Notes: a model not told the origin generated them from the letters alone. DNA of 64,000 nt from an uncultured Alphaproteobacteria bacterium (GCA_902560675.1 CACEMP010000007.1:1851-65850); one strand, 5' to 3'. Counted from the stretch's first letter, positions 11,743 to 22,422 are shown. Translations and numbers: made by a program.

Positions 11743-12729
11743 CTACTTTAAATTTTTATTAAAAAACTCTTCCATTTTTTCAGAATATACTTCAGGATAT
11801 TTAAACATAGCATCAACATGATAAGAGTTTTCAACTAGCCAAAACTCAGCGTTGATTTTATTTTGATTTGTATATTCTTTAAAATAATTAAAGTGTCTTG
11901 TTAAGATTCTTGTATCAGAGTCGCCATGAGTAAAAAAATAGTATTGTGTCTTTGATAATTTTTTAGCTGGAGATAATTCTCTTGGATCTGTTCCAGTTAA
12001 GATTCTTCCAGCTAAACTCACTACTGGCCCAAATTCTATAGCAAGACCATATCTTGCTATTTCATCTTTTAAAATCATATTAAATTCAGCAAGTGAACTA
12101 TCTGCCCACACTGCACGTATTTCCGGTTCTGCATTAGCTGCAAAAATAGACGTGCTTGCACCAAGAGATATTCCATGTAATCCAATTTTATTAGACTTAA
12201 AACCAATTTTTTTTAAAAAATCAAAAGCACCAAGAATATCTTTATATGACTTTAAACCTAAATCATCGTAACTACTTACAGTATCACTTTGACCGTAGTT
12301 TCTTAAATCTATCGTAAGAACATTAAACTTTTTATTAACTAAAAAGCCTGCAATGAGGTTGGGCTCAGACTTACATTTACCATTTGGGCTTATACCATGT
12401 GTTACAATTATAATTGGTCTATTTGGAAAATAATTAAAGAGCCATCCATTAATCTTGATTTTAGATTCACGAGATTGAAAATAAACATCTTTCCATTCGT
12501 TTAAATAATATTCTTTATAATTAAAATTTTCTCTTACTTTTTGTCGTGAAAAAATCGAATATTCATGTGAGTCGACTGTTGTGCTCCATGAATTAGGAAG
12601 AGAACCTTCGTGTAAACCACAAGTTGGATCTATTTTTAAAATTTGATAAGCAACATAAAAACCTGCGGTAAAATAAATTACTATTAATAAAACTACTGTA
12701 CTAACTAAAAATCTAATTACGTATTTCAT
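11743..12729 (-). CDS. membrane-anchored alpha/beta hydrolase
   Basis: N-terminal TM helix, nucleophile elbow GISLGAS (GxSxG), and later D/H residues (HGDSD). The track start is a TTG at 12732. ATG at 12729 overlaps the zapE stop by 1 nt. Confidence 0.7.
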   Translation of the reverse strand: MKYVIRFLVSTVVLLIVIYFTAGFYVAYQILKIDPTCGLHEGSLPNSWSTTVDSHEYSIFSRQKVRENFNYKEYYLNEWKDVYFQSRESKIKINGWLFNYFPNRPIIIVTHGISPNGKCKSEPNLIAGFLVNKKFNVLTIDLRNYGQSDTVSSYDDLGLKSYKDILGAFDFLKKIGFKSNKIGLHGISLGASTSIFAANAEPEIRAVWADSSLAEFNMILKDEIARYGLAIEFGPVVSLAGRILTGTDPRELSPAKKLSKTQYYFFTHGDSDTRILTRHFNYFKEYTNQNKINAEFWLVENSYHVDAMFKYPEVYSEKMEEFFNKNLK

Positions 12730-13763
12730 CAATCTGGTTTTACTATAGTCATTTCATACAATCTGCTAGCGGTTCTTTTGAATTCTTGAGTTAGAGTATT
12801 TATATTATTTAATGAATTTATAGGTTTTGATGCTAAAATTACAATTGAACAATTATTTTCATATAACATATCAATTAAACCAATAAATCTTCTGCACGAA
12901 TCTTTTTTTTGATTATCAAATTCAGGAACATTTTTTAAAAATACCAACTTAAATTTATCTGCAATATTTTTATAATCTTCATTGCCAAAATTTACTTCAC
13001 AAAGATTTTCAAAATCTATCATCATTAGATTTGATGTGCATTTATCAAATTCTAGTTCACGACTTTTTGTATTAATTGTAATTGTTGTTAAATTTGCAGG
13101 ATCAACAAAACGATTAAACAGTTTTTCAAATTCATTTGTTGTATCTTTATTTATAGGAGTAAAATAAGTCTTAGACTGATTTAAAGTTTGTCTTCTAAAA
13201 TCAGTAATAATATTAATATCATATAAAAAAAAATTATTTTTTAATAATTCTATAAATGGTAAAAAATCATTTCTTTGTAAACCATTTTTATATAAATAAT
13301 CCGGATGAAAATTAGATGATATTAAAGTAAATATTTTATATTTAGAAAAAAAATAAAATATTTTTCTTATTATTAATGCATCAACAATATTAAAAATGTG
13401 TAATTCATCAATAAATATAATTTTGTAATTTTTATTAAAATTTTTAACATAATTTTCAATTGCTAGATCTTTATTTTTTGAATTTTTTACTTCTTCATGT
13501 ATTTCATTCATTAGATTATTAAAATGAATTTTTTTTCCCATTTTGGTATTTTGATAAAATAGATTTAATAAAAATGTTTTTCCTGTTCCAACTTCTCCGT
13601 ATAAATAAATTCCTTCTAGAATTTTATCCTTAGAAAATAACTTAGTTTTGGTAAATGATGACCATACTTTGTCAGCTTGTTTAAGAAAATCTATTTGAGA
13701 TTTATTTTTTTTTATAAAATTGTTTTCAACAAAACTATTGTATTGATCAATGACATCAAACAT
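12729..13763 (-). CDS. zapE: AFG1/ZapE-family ATPase
   Basis: Walker A GEVGTGKTFL and Walker B IIFIDELH. About 340 aa. Positioned upstream of the sdh/mdh/suc genes. Confidence 0.8.
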   Translation of the reverse strand: MFDVIDQYNSFVENNFIKKNKSQIDFLKQADKVWSSFTKTKLFSKDKILEGIYLYGEVGTGKTFLLNLFYQNTKMGKKIHFNNLMNEIHEEVKNSKNKDLAIENYVKNFNKNYKIIFIDELHIFNIVDALIIRKIFYFFSKYKIFTLISSNFHPDYLYKNGLQRNDFLPFIELLKNNFFLYDINIITDFRRQTLNQSKTYFTPINKDTTNEFEKLFNRFVDPANLTTITINTKSRELEFDKCTSNLMMIDFENLCEVNFGNEDYKNIADKFKLVFLKNVPEFDNQKKDSCRRFIGLIDMLYENNCSIVILASKPINSLNNINTLTQEFKRTASRLYEMTIVKPD

Positions 13764-13903
13764 TATTTTTTACCTAAGTACTGTTCAAGTTTTTTTAAAG
13801 TTTCCAGTTCGCCACTGCTAATGTTTTCATCTTCTTTTTTCTTTTTTAATCGTTTATATTCATTGATTAGAAAATTTAGACTTTTCATTATTTGTTTGCT
13901 CAT
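13763..13903 (-). CDS. 46-aa hypothetical coiled-coil protein, below the ORF-track size cutoff
   Basis: Own translation: MSKQIMKSLNFLINEYKRLKKKKEDENISSGELETLKKLEQYLGKK. The ATG overlaps the upstream MFS stop (ATGA, 13900-13903). The TAA overlaps the zapE ATG (TAATG, 13761-13765). It exactly fills the gap between the two genes. Confidence 0.5.
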   Translation of the reverse strand: MSKQIMKSLNFLINEYKRLKKKKEDENISSGELETLKKLEQYLGKK

Positions 13904-15090
13904 GTTTTATAAATTATAGGCAAAATTGATGCTACAACAATAATAATAATGCTAATTAAAATTATAATTGATAACCCATAACCCCAATCAATGATGTAAC
14001 CAAAAACAACAGGAGATAAGGCGCTTGCAAACACGCCAACTGCGTGCAGTAATGCTTTAGCTGTTCCAATACTTTTTAGGCCATAAATTTCAGCCCAAAG
14101 TGATCCCATAAAAGGTGCTGATAAGCCTAAGTTAAATCCAAATAAAGACATGTAAAGCACGAATGACCAATAATTATTAAAAAAAAAAAGAATGGTGATA
14201 CAGAGTAACAAAGGTAATAGCACAAAAGGTATTGCTTTCTTTGTATTTATCTTATCTATTAAGGGTCCTCCTATTAATAAACCTAAAATAGAAAATAATC
14301 CAAAATATATATAACCATTACCAAGCATTTCCATTGTCCACCCTTTAGCATCAAAAATATAAATCTGATGAAACATTAACCCAGTACCAATAAATGGAAA
14401 GGCTGCAGCTAATGGAAAATAAATGAAAAAAACTCGGTCTTTTAAAATTTCTGTAATGGTCCAACTTTTATGTGTTTTTTCATTATCAATATTTTTTTGA
14501 AGAGCAGAATCCCTGCTTTTTTGATTATGAAGAATAAAGTATATTATTGGTATTAAGATCAAAAGAGTCAAAGTTGTTAAAAACCAAAGAGTTTTAAAAT
14601 TAAAGTATGAGTCCAAATTAACAATAATCTTTGGTAAAAACATTATACCTAACATTCCTCCAAGTGTTGCAACAGATATTGCCTTACCTCTATCAATTAA
14701 AAAATATCTTGCCATTGAAGTTGAGCCGGCATGTGTCATAGCTCCCTGTCCAAAAAAACGTAATAAAAATAAAATAAGAAAAAGATGAAAAATATTATCG
14801 AAAATAAAATAAAAACCAATGCAAGCAAAAGCTAAACCAAGAATGATACCTATGGAGTATAATCTTAAATCAATTTTATCTATTAATTTAGCAAAGTTTA
14901 TAAATAAAAATGAACTGATAAGCGTTGCTATGGCATAAACTAATCCAAACTCACCATCTGTTATTTTATATAGATTTCGAATATCATCGTTAAATAATGC
15001 AATGTAAAAAGTCTGTCCAAAACTTGCAAAGAAGACCATGACAAATCCGTATACTAAGAGATTAGGATCATGTAAAAAAAATTTTTTCAT
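13900..15090 (-). CDS. MFS-type transporter
   Basis: 396 aa with about 12 predicted TM segments in a typical 6+6 organisation around a central basic loop. Confidence 0.75.
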   Translation of the reverse strand: MKKFFLHDPNLLVYGFVMVFFASFGQTFYIALFNDDIRNLYKITDGEFGLVYAIATLISSFLFINFAKLIDKIDLRLYSIGIILGLAFACIGFYFIFDNIFHLFLILFLLRFFGQGAMTHAGSTSMARYFLIDRGKAISVATLGGMLGIMFLPKIIVNLDSYFNFKTLWFLTTLTLLILIPIIYFILHNQKSRDSALQKNIDNEKTHKSWTITEILKDRVFFIYFPLAAAFPFIGTGLMFHQIYIFDAKGWTMEMLGNGYIYFGLFSILGLLIGGPLIDKINTKKAIPFVLLPLLLCITILFFFNNYWSFVLYMSLFGFNLGLSAPFMGSLWAEIYGLKSIGTAKALLHAVGVFASALSPVVFGYIIDWGYGLSIIILISIIIIVVASILPIIYKT

Positions 15091-15096
15091 TATAGT

Positions 15097-15768
15097 TTAA
15101 AGCAATTTTTTAATACTATTTAAAAGCTTTACCATTTTACTTTTATCTATTCTTCCTGTGTTAACATTTCGTGGGCTTGGATGATAACTACCAACTAAAA
15201 TTTTCTTATCAGGTAAAATATTCATAGATCCGTGAGAAAAAATAAAATCTTTATTTCGTATTTCATATTGTTGCTTATAATAATTTACACAGGCGTCATG
15301 ACCAATTTTACCAAGGGCAACAATGACTTTTATTTTTTTTAAGAAAGCAATTTCTTGATTAAAAAAATTAAAACATGTTTTCAATTCTTGTGAAGTAGGT
15401 TTATCTTCTGGGGGTACGCATTTAAGAGCAGTAGTTAAGTACATATTTTGAAGTTCCAAACCGTCACCTCTATCTACTGATTCTGGTTGGTTTGCAAATC
15501 CAGTTTTATATAAACAGGAAAATAAAAAATCTGCAGATTTATCCCCTGTAAAAACTCGACCTGTTCTATTTCCTCCATGTGCTGCTGGCGCAAGACCTAC
15601 CATTAATAATTTAGCTTTTTCATCTCCATAGCCAGTAATGGGCTTACCCCAATAACTTTGATCAATATATTGTTTTCTTTTTTCTTTAGCAATTTTTTCA
15701 CGGAAGTTAACTAAGCGTTCACACTTTCTGCAATGAATAATAGATTTGTTTAAATTACTTAATGTCAT
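15097..15768 (-). CDS. uracil-DNA glycosylase superfamily protein (family 4/5 type)
   Basis: N-terminal Cys pair CRKCERL, motif GLAPAAHGGNRTGRVFTGD, and C-terminal HPSPRN. Confidence 0.8.
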   Translation of the reverse strand: MTLSNLNKSIIHCRKCERLVNFREKIAKEKRKQYIDQSYWGKPITGYGDEKAKLLMVGLAPAAHGGNRTGRVFTGDKSADFLFSCLYKTGFANQPESVDRGDGLELQNMYLTTALKCVPPEDKPTSQELKTCFNFFNQEIAFLKKIKVIVALGKIGHDACVNYYKQQYEIRNKDFIFSHGSMNILPDKKILVGSYHPSPRNVNTGRIDKSKMVKLLNSIKKLL

Positions 15769-16362
15769 TTGGAAGATATATATTTATATTACAGCTCTGT
15801 GATTAATGAAAGAGCTAAAGCTATTCTAGAATTTTGTTTCATCAAAACTCCACTTGAGCGGTGGTTTAAAAAAGATGATGAATTTGATAATATATTGAAA
15901 AGTAGTTTTATGGATGATTACATTAAGGCTATTAATAATGAGTATGATAATTGGAGGAATGATGCTGAAGAATGTGTAGCTTTGATTATATTACTTGATC
16001 AACTATCAAGAAATTTTTTCAGAAATAATTCAAAAGCTTATGACCAGGATACTAAGTGTGTTTTAATTGTTAAAGAAGCAATAAATAAAAGATATTTAGA
16101 TAGCCTAGAAATTGATAAAATACATTTTTTATTACTGCCATTAATTCATAGTGAGGATATCATGGATCATGAACTTGGTCATAAATTAGTCGATCAATAT
16201 TTAAATAATCATTCAGAATATACTAATATTAAAAAAACTTGGGACGACCATAGCGTGGCAATTAAAAAATTTGGAAGGTACCCTCATAGAAATAAAATTT
16301 TAAAAAGAGAATCAACTACTGAAGAAAAATTGTTTTTAAAAGGACCTAATAGTTCATGGTAA
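15769..16362 (+). CDS. DUF924-family protein
   Basis: ILEFCF...WF near the N-terminus and a C-terminal FGRYPHRNKILKRESTTEE signature. The start is uncertain: TTG at 15769 or GTG at 15799. The first in-frame ATG is 46 codons in. Confidence 0.7.
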   Translation: MEDIYLYYSSVINERAKAILEFCFIKTPLERWFKKDDEFDNILKSSFMDDYIKAINNEYDNWRNDAEECVALIILLDQLSRNFFRNNSKAYDQDTKCVLIVKEAINKRYLDSLEIDKIHFLLLPLIHSEDIMDHELGHKLVDQYLNNHSEYTNIKKTWDDHSVAIKKFGRYPHRNKILKRESTTEEKLFLKGPNSSW

Positions 16363-16376
16363 AATAATTTGAAATT

Positions 16377-16451
16377 GGTCTCGTGGTGAAATGGATATCA
16401 CACGTGTCTTCGGAACATGGATTTGGGGTTCGAGTCCCTACGAGACCGCCA
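16377..16451 (+). tRNA. tRNA-Arg (anticodon UCG)
   Basis: Hand-folded cloverleaf. Acceptor GGTCTCG/CGAGACC, D stem GTGA/TCAC, anticodon stem CGTGT/ACATG with loop CTTCGGA, T arm TGGGG-TTCGAGT-CCCTA, discriminator G and encoded CCA. Confidence 0.9.
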
Positions 16452-16452
16452 A

Positions 16453-17496
16453 TTAAATAGTTATTTTTTCTGAGTACTTTGAAATTACTAACTCAGCAAT
16501 TTGAACCGCATTAAGTGCTGCGCCTTTGCGTAAATTATCTGAGACTACCCACAAATTCAAACCATTATCTATTGATTGATCATTTCTAATCCTACTAATA
16601 TAAACTTTATCCTCTCCTGCAATTTCAACAGGAGTCACATAACCTTCATCTTTTCGATGATCAATTACTGAAATACCTTCAGAGTTAGATAATATTTCGT
16701 TAGCTTCTTTTTCATCTAATGGCGAGTCAAACTCTATATTTACAGCTTCTGAATGGCCAATAAATACAGCTGTTCTAACACAAGTTGCTGAAACATTAAT
16801 TCCCTCGTCTAGAATTTTTTTTGTTTCATCAATCATTTTTTGCTCTTCTTCAGTATTACCATTTTCTAAAAAAGCTCCAATATGTGGAATGGCATTAAAA
16901 GCAATTTGTTTTGTGAACTTTTCTTTTTTTAATTCTTGGTTTGCATAAACATTTTGGGTTTGATTAAATAATTCATCCATACCTGTTTTACCTGCTCCAG
17001 AAACAGCTTGGTATGTTGATACAACAACTCTGTTAATAATTGCTTTTTCATGAAGTGGTTTTAATGCAACAACCATTTGTATAGTTGAACAGTTAGGATT
17101 TGAAATAATATTAGTTCTGTTTTCATCATCAAAAAATTCATCAAGTGCATTAGCGTTCACTTCAGGAACGATTAAAGGAATATTTTGTTGCATTCGAAAA
17201 TGAGAGGTATTGTCTATAACAATACATCCTTTTTTAGCTGCTTTTGGGGCATATTCTGCAGAAATTTTACCACCAGGTGAAAATAAACCAATGTGAGCTT
17301 TTGAAAAATCAAATTCTGATAAGTCTTCTACAACAATTTCTTTATCTTTAAACTCTACTTTTTTGCCTTTTGATTTTGATGATGCAAGTAAATATAAATT
17401 GTCTATTGGAAAATCCCTTTGCTCTAATATTTGAACAATTTCTGTTCCTACCGCACCTGTTGCTCCTGCTACTGCTATATTGTATTTTTGATTCAT
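16453..17496 (-). CDS. asd: aspartate-semialdehyde dehydrogenase
   Basis: Rossmann motif VAGATGAVG and active-site Cys region NCSTIQMV. 347 aa. Confidence 0.93.
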   Translation of the reverse strand: MNQKYNIAVAGATGAVGTEIVQILEQRDFPIDNLYLLASSKSKGKKVEFKDKEIVVEDLSEFDFSKAHIGLFSPGGKISAEYAPKAAKKGCIVIDNTSHFRMQQNIPLIVPEVNANALDEFFDDENRTNIISNPNCSTIQMVVALKPLHEKAIINRVVVSTYQAVSGAGKTGMDELFNQTQNVYANQELKKEKFTKQIAFNAIPHIGAFLENGNTEEEQKMIDETKKILDEGINVSATCVRTAVFIGHSEAVNIEFDSPLDEKEANEILSNSEGISVIDHRKDEGYVTPVEIAGEDKVYISRIRNDQSIDNGLNLWVVSDNLRKGAALNAVQIAELVISKYSEKITI

Positions 17497-18609
17497 TTAA
17501 TTTCCAGATAGAATTTTTAATTCTTCAATAACAGCATTGCCCATTTCTTGAGTTGAGATAATTTTTTCTGCTCCATCTTTTATATCAGCTGTTCTTAAAC
17601 CTTTTAGTAGAACATTCTGTACAGCTTTCTCAATCATTTGACTATCTTCTTGCATATCAAAACTATATTTCAACATCATAGCAAAGCTCATGATCATTGC
17701 TAAAGGATTTGCTTTAGATTGACCAGCTATATCTGGTGCGCTACCATGAACGGGCTCATACATTGCCGCTCTAGTTCCATTTTCTTTAACTGGTCCAAGA
17801 GCTGCTGAAGGAAGCATTCCCAAAGATCCTGTTAGCATGGCTGCAGTATCACTTAAAAGATCACCAAATAAATTATCAGTTAATATAACATCAAATTGTT
17901 TAGGATAACGTACTAACTGCATTGCGCAATTATCAGCCAATATATGTTCTAAATTTACTGAAGAATACTCTTCACTATGTAATTTAGTTACTGTTTTCCT
18001 CCAAAATAATCCAGTTTCCATAACATTAGACTTCTCAGCAGATGAAACTTTGTTTCTTCTTAATTTTGCTAAATCAAATGCAACCCTCGAAACTCTATTA
18101 ATTTCTGCAGTGGTATAGGCTTGTGTATCAACTGCTTTACTTTCTTTATCATTAACTTTTGTAATACCTCTAGGCTGACCAAAATATATTCCACTTGTTA
18201 ATTCTCTCACTATGAGAATATCTAAACCTTTTACTAAGTCTAGTTTAAGAGAAGAAGCTTTGGCAAGAGCATCAAAGACTACAGCTGGTCTAAGATTTGC
18301 AAATAAATCTAATTCTTTTCTTAGTCTTAATAAAGCAGCCTCCGGTCTTTTGTCTCTTTCTACATTATCCCACTGTGCCCCTCCAACAGCTCCAAATAAC
18401 ACAGCATCACAATCCATAGCTACTTGCATTGTTTCATCACTTATAGAATTACCTTCTTTATCGTATGCCGTACCACCAACTAATCTTTCAGAAATATCAA
18501 AAGATAAAGATTTAGTTTTTTCCATCCAATCAATGATTTTTAATACCTCAGCCATAACTTCATTGCCAATTCCATCACCAGGCAAAATTAAAATTTTTTT
18601 ATTACTCAT
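17497..18609 (-). CDS. leuB: 3-isopropylmalate dehydrogenase
   Basis: [11 protein letters not shown]-terminus and the NLFGDLLSD motif. Adjacent to leuD and leuC. Confidence 0.95.
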   Translation of the reverse strand: MSNKKILILPGDGIGNEVMAEVLKIIDWMEKTKSLSFDISERLVGGTAYDKEGNSISDETMQVAMDCDAVLFGAVGGAQWDNVERDKRPEAALLRLRKELDLFANLRPAVVFDALAKASSLKLDLVKGLDILIVRELTSGIYFGQPRGITKVNDKESKAVDTQAYTTAEINRVSRVAFDLAKLRRNKVSSAEKSNVMETGLFWRKTVTKLHSEEYSSVNLEHILADNCAMQLVRYPKQFDVILTDNLFGDLLSDTAAMLTGSLGMLPSAALGPVKENGTRAAMYEPVHGSAPDIAGQSKANPLAMIMSFAMMLKYSFDMQEDSQMIEKAVQNVLLKGLRTADIKDGAEKIISTQEMGNAVIEELKILSGN

Positions 18610-18615
18610 TTTTGA

Positions 18616-19218
18616 CTACACTATCCAAGGTTGGATACTGTGTATTTTTTCTTCGTGAACATCAATTTTTTTATTTTTTTGTAGCGTCAAACCAATATCA
18701 TCCAAACCTTCTAGCAAACATTTTTTTCGAAATGCATCAATTTCAAATTCTATTGTTTTATCATTTTGATAAGTGATTTTTTGATTTTCTAAATCAACTG
18801 AAACATCATTTTTATTTTCTGCTTCGTTCATTAATATATCTACCTTTTGTTGATCTAACTTAATTGGCAGTATTCCATTTTTAAAACAATTATTATAGAA
18901 AATATCTGCGAAGCTTGGTGCAATTATTGACTTAAAACCAAAATCTAAAAGTGACCATGGTGCATGCTCTCTACTTGATCCACAACCAAAATTTGCCCCA
19001 GCAATTAAAATTTTTGAAGTTTTATAAGGGTCCCAGTTAAGAACAAAATTATTCTTTATGTTACCTTGAATATCGTATCTTAATTCATGAAATAAGTTTT
19101 TTCCTAAACCAGATCTCTTTATTGTTTTCAAAAATTGTTTTGGAATAATCATATCGGTATCGACATTAATCATTGGTAGTGGTGCAGGGATACCAATTAT
19201 TGTTTTAAATGATTCCAT
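18616..19218 (-). CDS. leuD: 3-isopropylmalate dehydratase small subunit
   Basis: GANFGCGSSREHAPW motif. 200 aa. Confidence 0.95.
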   Translation of the reverse strand: MESFKTIIGIPAPLPMINVDTDMIIPKQFLKTIKRSGLGKNLFHELRYDIQGNIKNNFVLNWDPYKTSKILIAGANFGCGSSREHAPWSLLDFGFKSIIAPSFADIFYNNCFKNGILPIKLDQQKVDILMNEAENKNDVSVDLENQKITYQNDKTIEFEIDAFRKKCLLEGLDDIGLTLQKNKKIDVHEEKIHSIQPWIV

Positions 19219-20622
19219 TTATAAATCCTCTGCTGTTGCAAAAGAACCTTTGATTGCGGAGGCAGCAGCTATTGCAGGACTAACAAGATGTGTTCTACCT
19301 TCTCTACCTTGTCTACCTTCAAAATTTCTATTTGATGTTGATGCACATCTTTCTTGCGGTTTTAATTGATCTGGATTCATAGCTAAACACATGGAACAAC
19401 CTGGCTCTCTCCAATCAAATCCTGCTTCAATAAAAATTTTATCTAAACCTTCTTCTTCAGCTTGTTTTTTAACTAGACCTGAACCAGGAACGATCATTGA
19501 GTCTACAGAAACTTTTTTGCCCTCTACAACTTTGGCAACTTCTCTTAAATCCTCAATTCTTCCATTAGTGCAAGAGCCAATAAATACTTTATCAATTTTA
19601 ATATTTTGTATTTTTTGTTTGGGTTCTAAACCCATATATTCAAGAGAACGTTCCATAGCCCTCTTTCTATTCGGATTACTCTCTTCTTGTGGGTTTGGTA
19701 CTATACCATCTATAGCAACAACGTCTTGTGGGCTTGTGCCCCAAGTAATTTGTGGTGAAATATCTTCAGCATTAATTAAAATTTCTTCATCATATTTTGC
19801 GCCCTCATCAGATGGTAAAGATTTCCAAAATTCTACCGCTTTATTCCAATTATCTCCTGATGGAGCGTACGGTCTACCTTTAATATATTCAAAAGTTTTT
19901 TCGTCAGGAGCGATTAAACCAGCTCTAGCACCTGCTTCAATACTCATATTGCAGATTGTCATTCTTCCTTCCATAGAAAGAGAGGAAATTGCATTACCAG
20001 AATATTCAATAACATAACCAGTTCCACCAGCCGTTCCTATTTTTCCTATTATATGAAGAATAATATCTTTTGCTGTAACACCTAAGTTTAACTTACCTTC
20101 AACAGAAATTCGCATATTCTTTGCAGGTTTTTGAATTAAGGTCTGAGTAGCTAATACATGCTCAACTTCACTTGTGCCGATACCAAAAGCTAATGCACCA
20201 AATGCTCCGTGTGTTGCTGTATGACTATCACCACAAACTATTGTCATACCTGGCTGAGTAATGCCTTGTTCTGGTCCAACTATATGAACTATACCTTGTC
20301 TGCTATCTAATAATGGAAAGAGTGTAACATCAAAATCTTTGCAATTTTTTTCTAGTGTTTCAACCTGAATTCTACTTTCTTTATTTTCTATACCTTTAGA
20401 TCTATCTGAGGTTGGGACATTGTGATCAGCTACAGCAAAAGTACTTTCGGGTCTTCGAACTTTACGATTATTATTTCTTAAACCTTCAAATGCTTGAGGG
20501 CTCGTAACTTCATGAACAAGGTGTCTATCAATATATATGAGACAAGTACCATCTTCTTGTCTATCAACAAGATGATGTTCCCAAATTTTATCAAAAAGAG
20601 TTTTAGGATTACTTATTGTCAT
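19219..20622 (-). CDS. leuC: 3-isopropylmalate dehydratase large subunit
   Basis: Aconitase-family motifs VCGDSHT, GSCTNGR and CSMCLAMN. The ATG lies 14 nt inside the rplS 3' end. Confidence 0.95.
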   Translation of the reverse strand: MTISNPKTLFDKIWEHHLVDRQEDGTCLIYIDRHLVHEVTSPQAFEGLRNNNRKVRRPESTFAVADHNVPTSDRSKGIENKESRIQVETLEKNCKDFDVTLFPLLDSRQGIVHIVGPEQGITQPGMTIVCGDSHTATHGAFGALAFGIGTSEVEHVLATQTLIQKPAKNMRISVEGKLNLGVTAKDIILHIIGKIGTAGGTGYVIEYSGNAISSLSMEGRMTICNMSIEAGARAGLIAPDEKTFEYIKGRPYAPSGDNWNKAVEFWKSLPSDEGAKYDEEILINAEDISPQITWGTSPQDVVAIDGIVPNPQEESNPNRKRAMERSLEYMGLEPKQKIQNIKIDKVFIGSCTNGRIEDLREVAKVVEGKKVSVDSMIVPGSGLVKKQAEEEGLDKIFIEAGFDWREPGCSMCLAMNPDQLKPQERCASTSNRNFEGRQGREGRTHLVSPAIAAASAIKGSFATAEDL

Positions 20623-21214
20623 CCGATTTATTTTCGGCTGCTTTTTCCTCTTCTTTACTAGATTCCTCTGCAGCTTCTGCTTTAGATTCTTCTGCTGGTT
20701 TGGCTTCTGCTTCTTCTGCTTTTGTCTCTGCTTGTTTTGCTTCTACCTCTTCAGCTTTAGGTTCCACTGCAGCATTTGTATCTGTATCTGCAGTTTTTGT
20801 TTCTTCTACCGGAGGAGCTTCCTCTATATATTCATATTGATCAGCTTCATCGCCCCTATCTTTATCTGCGATCCTTGCTTTCTTTCCAGATAATTCTCTT
20901 AGATAATATAGCTTAGCTCTTCTTACATCGCCTTTTCTAACAACTTCAATTTTTTCTACTAATGGACTGAATAAAGGGAATACTCTTTCAACACCCTCTC
21001 CATGAGATATTTTTCTCACAGTAAAGTTAGAGTTTACTGAATTATTTTTTCTTGCAATACAAATACCTTCAAATGCTTGGAGTCTCGACTTACTTCCCTC
21101 TGTAATTCTTACAGTAACTTTTAGAGTATCACCTGGACGAAAAGCAGGAACTCTTTTTTTTGAAGTTAACTTTTCAATCTGTTGTTTTTCAAATGTCTCT
21201 AATAAATTACTCAT
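20609..21214 (-). CDS. rplS: 50S ribosomal protein L19 with an ~84-aa acidic low-complexity C-terminal extension
   Basis: L19 core ([13 protein letters not shown]...RRAKLYYLR) followed by an E/A/K/P-rich tail encoded at about 20612-20863. Confidence 0.93.
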   Translation of the reverse strand: MSNLLETFEKQQIEKLTSKKRVPAFRPGDTLKVTVRITEGSKSRLQAFEGICIARKNNSVNSNFTVRKISHGEGVERVFPLFSPLVEKIEVVRKGDVRRAKLYYLRELSGKKARIADKDRGDEADQYEYIEEAPPVEETKTADTDTNAAVEPKAEEVEAKQAETKAEEAEAKPAEESKAEAAEESSKEEEKAAENKSDDNK

Positions 21215-21215
21215 T

Positions 21216-21914
21216 TTATATTTCCTTTTTATAAAGATCTGGTCTTAATTCTTTAGTTTTTTCAACCGATTTTTCTTTTCTCCATTTATCAATTTTTTCA
21301 TGATGACCTGATGTTAAAACATCTGGAACTTCATGTTTATTCCCCTGAATATCTTCCCAGGTTTGTGGTCTGGTATAATGAGGATATTCAAGTAGATTAT
21401 TAGAAAAAGATTCTTCTAATAAACTTTGTGGGTGCCCTAATACTCCAGGAATGAGACGAATACAACCTTCAACTAACACCTGAGCAGGAATCTCTCCTCC
21501 AGAAAGGACGTAATCACCGATACTTATTTCCTGGAAATTAAGAATTTCTACAGCTCTTTGGTCAACCCCTTCAAATCTACCGCATAAAATAAGCATTTCA
21601 TCATGTTTTGATAGGTTATTAAGTTTGGCTTGAGATAATTTCTGACCTGACGGTGTCAGGAAAATTTTGCAGTAATTATCGGTTTTGAAAGTGATTGAAT
21701 TTAATGCTTTTTCAATGACATCTGGACGAATAACCATTCCAGGGCCTCCCCCAAAAGGTTCATCATCAACACTTCCTCTTTTGTCAATTCCAAAATTATG
21801 TAGATTGACTATCTCGAGAGAAAATTTTTTATTGTTTAATGCGTTTCCAATTACAGAATATCCTAGCGAGCCAGGAAACATCTCAGGATAACAGGTTAAA
21901 ATTACTACTCTCAT
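21216..21914 (-). CDS. trmD: tRNA (guanine37-N1)-methyltransferase
   Basis: FGGGPGMV and [11 protein letters not shown] motifs. The track start at 21923 is TTG. ATG at 21914 ([15 protein letters not shown]) matches the family N-terminus. Confidence 0.93.
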   Translation of the reverse strand: MRVVILTCYPEMFPGSLGYSVIGNALNNKKFSLEIVNLHNFGIDKRGSVDDEPFGGGPGMVIRPDVIEKALNSITFKTDNYCKIFLTPSGQKLSQAKLNNLSKHDEMLILCGRFEGVDQRAVEILNFQEISIGDYVLSGGEIPAQVLVEGCIRLIPGVLGHPQSLLEESFSNNLLEYPHYTRPQTWEDIQGNKHEVPDVLTSGHHEKIDKWRKEKSVEKTKELRPDLYKKEI

Positions 21915-21915
21915 T

Positions 21916-22422
21916 TTAATCAAGAATACCAGGTATTGGATCAGCTATAATTTCTTTTTTATTGATATTAACTTTTAATATGTTTGTTTTATCAAAAGGT
22001 ATAAGAATAAATTTGTTATCATATTTGACTTCTAATAAATCACCTGCCCCAAAATTTTGAACATTTAAAACTTTTCCAATACCAGTATTGTCTTTCAAGA
22101 AAATCATGCATTCTATTAGGTCATTTATGTAGAACTCATTATCTTTTGTTTTTGGAAAAAATTTCTTATTTGAAAAAATTTTTTGACCTTTAAGCTCTAA
22201 AACATCTTCTCTAGAAAAGTATTTTTCAACTTGAACAACACACTTATTATTTTTAAATAAAATATTTTTAAAATTCCAAGCAAGTGAACCGTCAAAATTA
22301 TAATAGTTTTTTAGATTTTTAAAAACTTCGAACGAGGTAGTCATCATATTAACTTTTATTTCACCTTTTAATCCTAAAGGAGATCCAAACTGACCAACAA
22401 GAATGATATCTTTATTACTCAA
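21916..22422 (-). CDS. rimM: 16S rRNA processing protein RimM
   Basis: VGQFGSPLGLKGEIKV N-terminus and a PRC-barrel C-terminus. Only a TTG start is available. Lies in the rpsP-rimM-trmD-rplS context. Confidence 0.85.
   Translation of the reverse strand: MSNKDIILVGQFGSPLGLKGEIKVNMMTTSFEVFKNLKNYYNFDGSLAWNFKNILFKNNKCVVQVEKYFSREDVLELKGQKIFSNKKFFPKTKDNEFYINDLIECMIFLKDNTGIGKVLNVQNFGAGDLLEVKYDNKFILIPFDKTNILKVNINKKEIIADPIPGILD

Noticed and set aside
16377-16451. tRNA-Arg as an integration hotspot marking a genomic island.
   Set aside because: There is no integrase, no direct repeat of the tRNA 3' end, and the flanking genes (DUF924, asd) are ordinary core genes packed within 1-14 nt.
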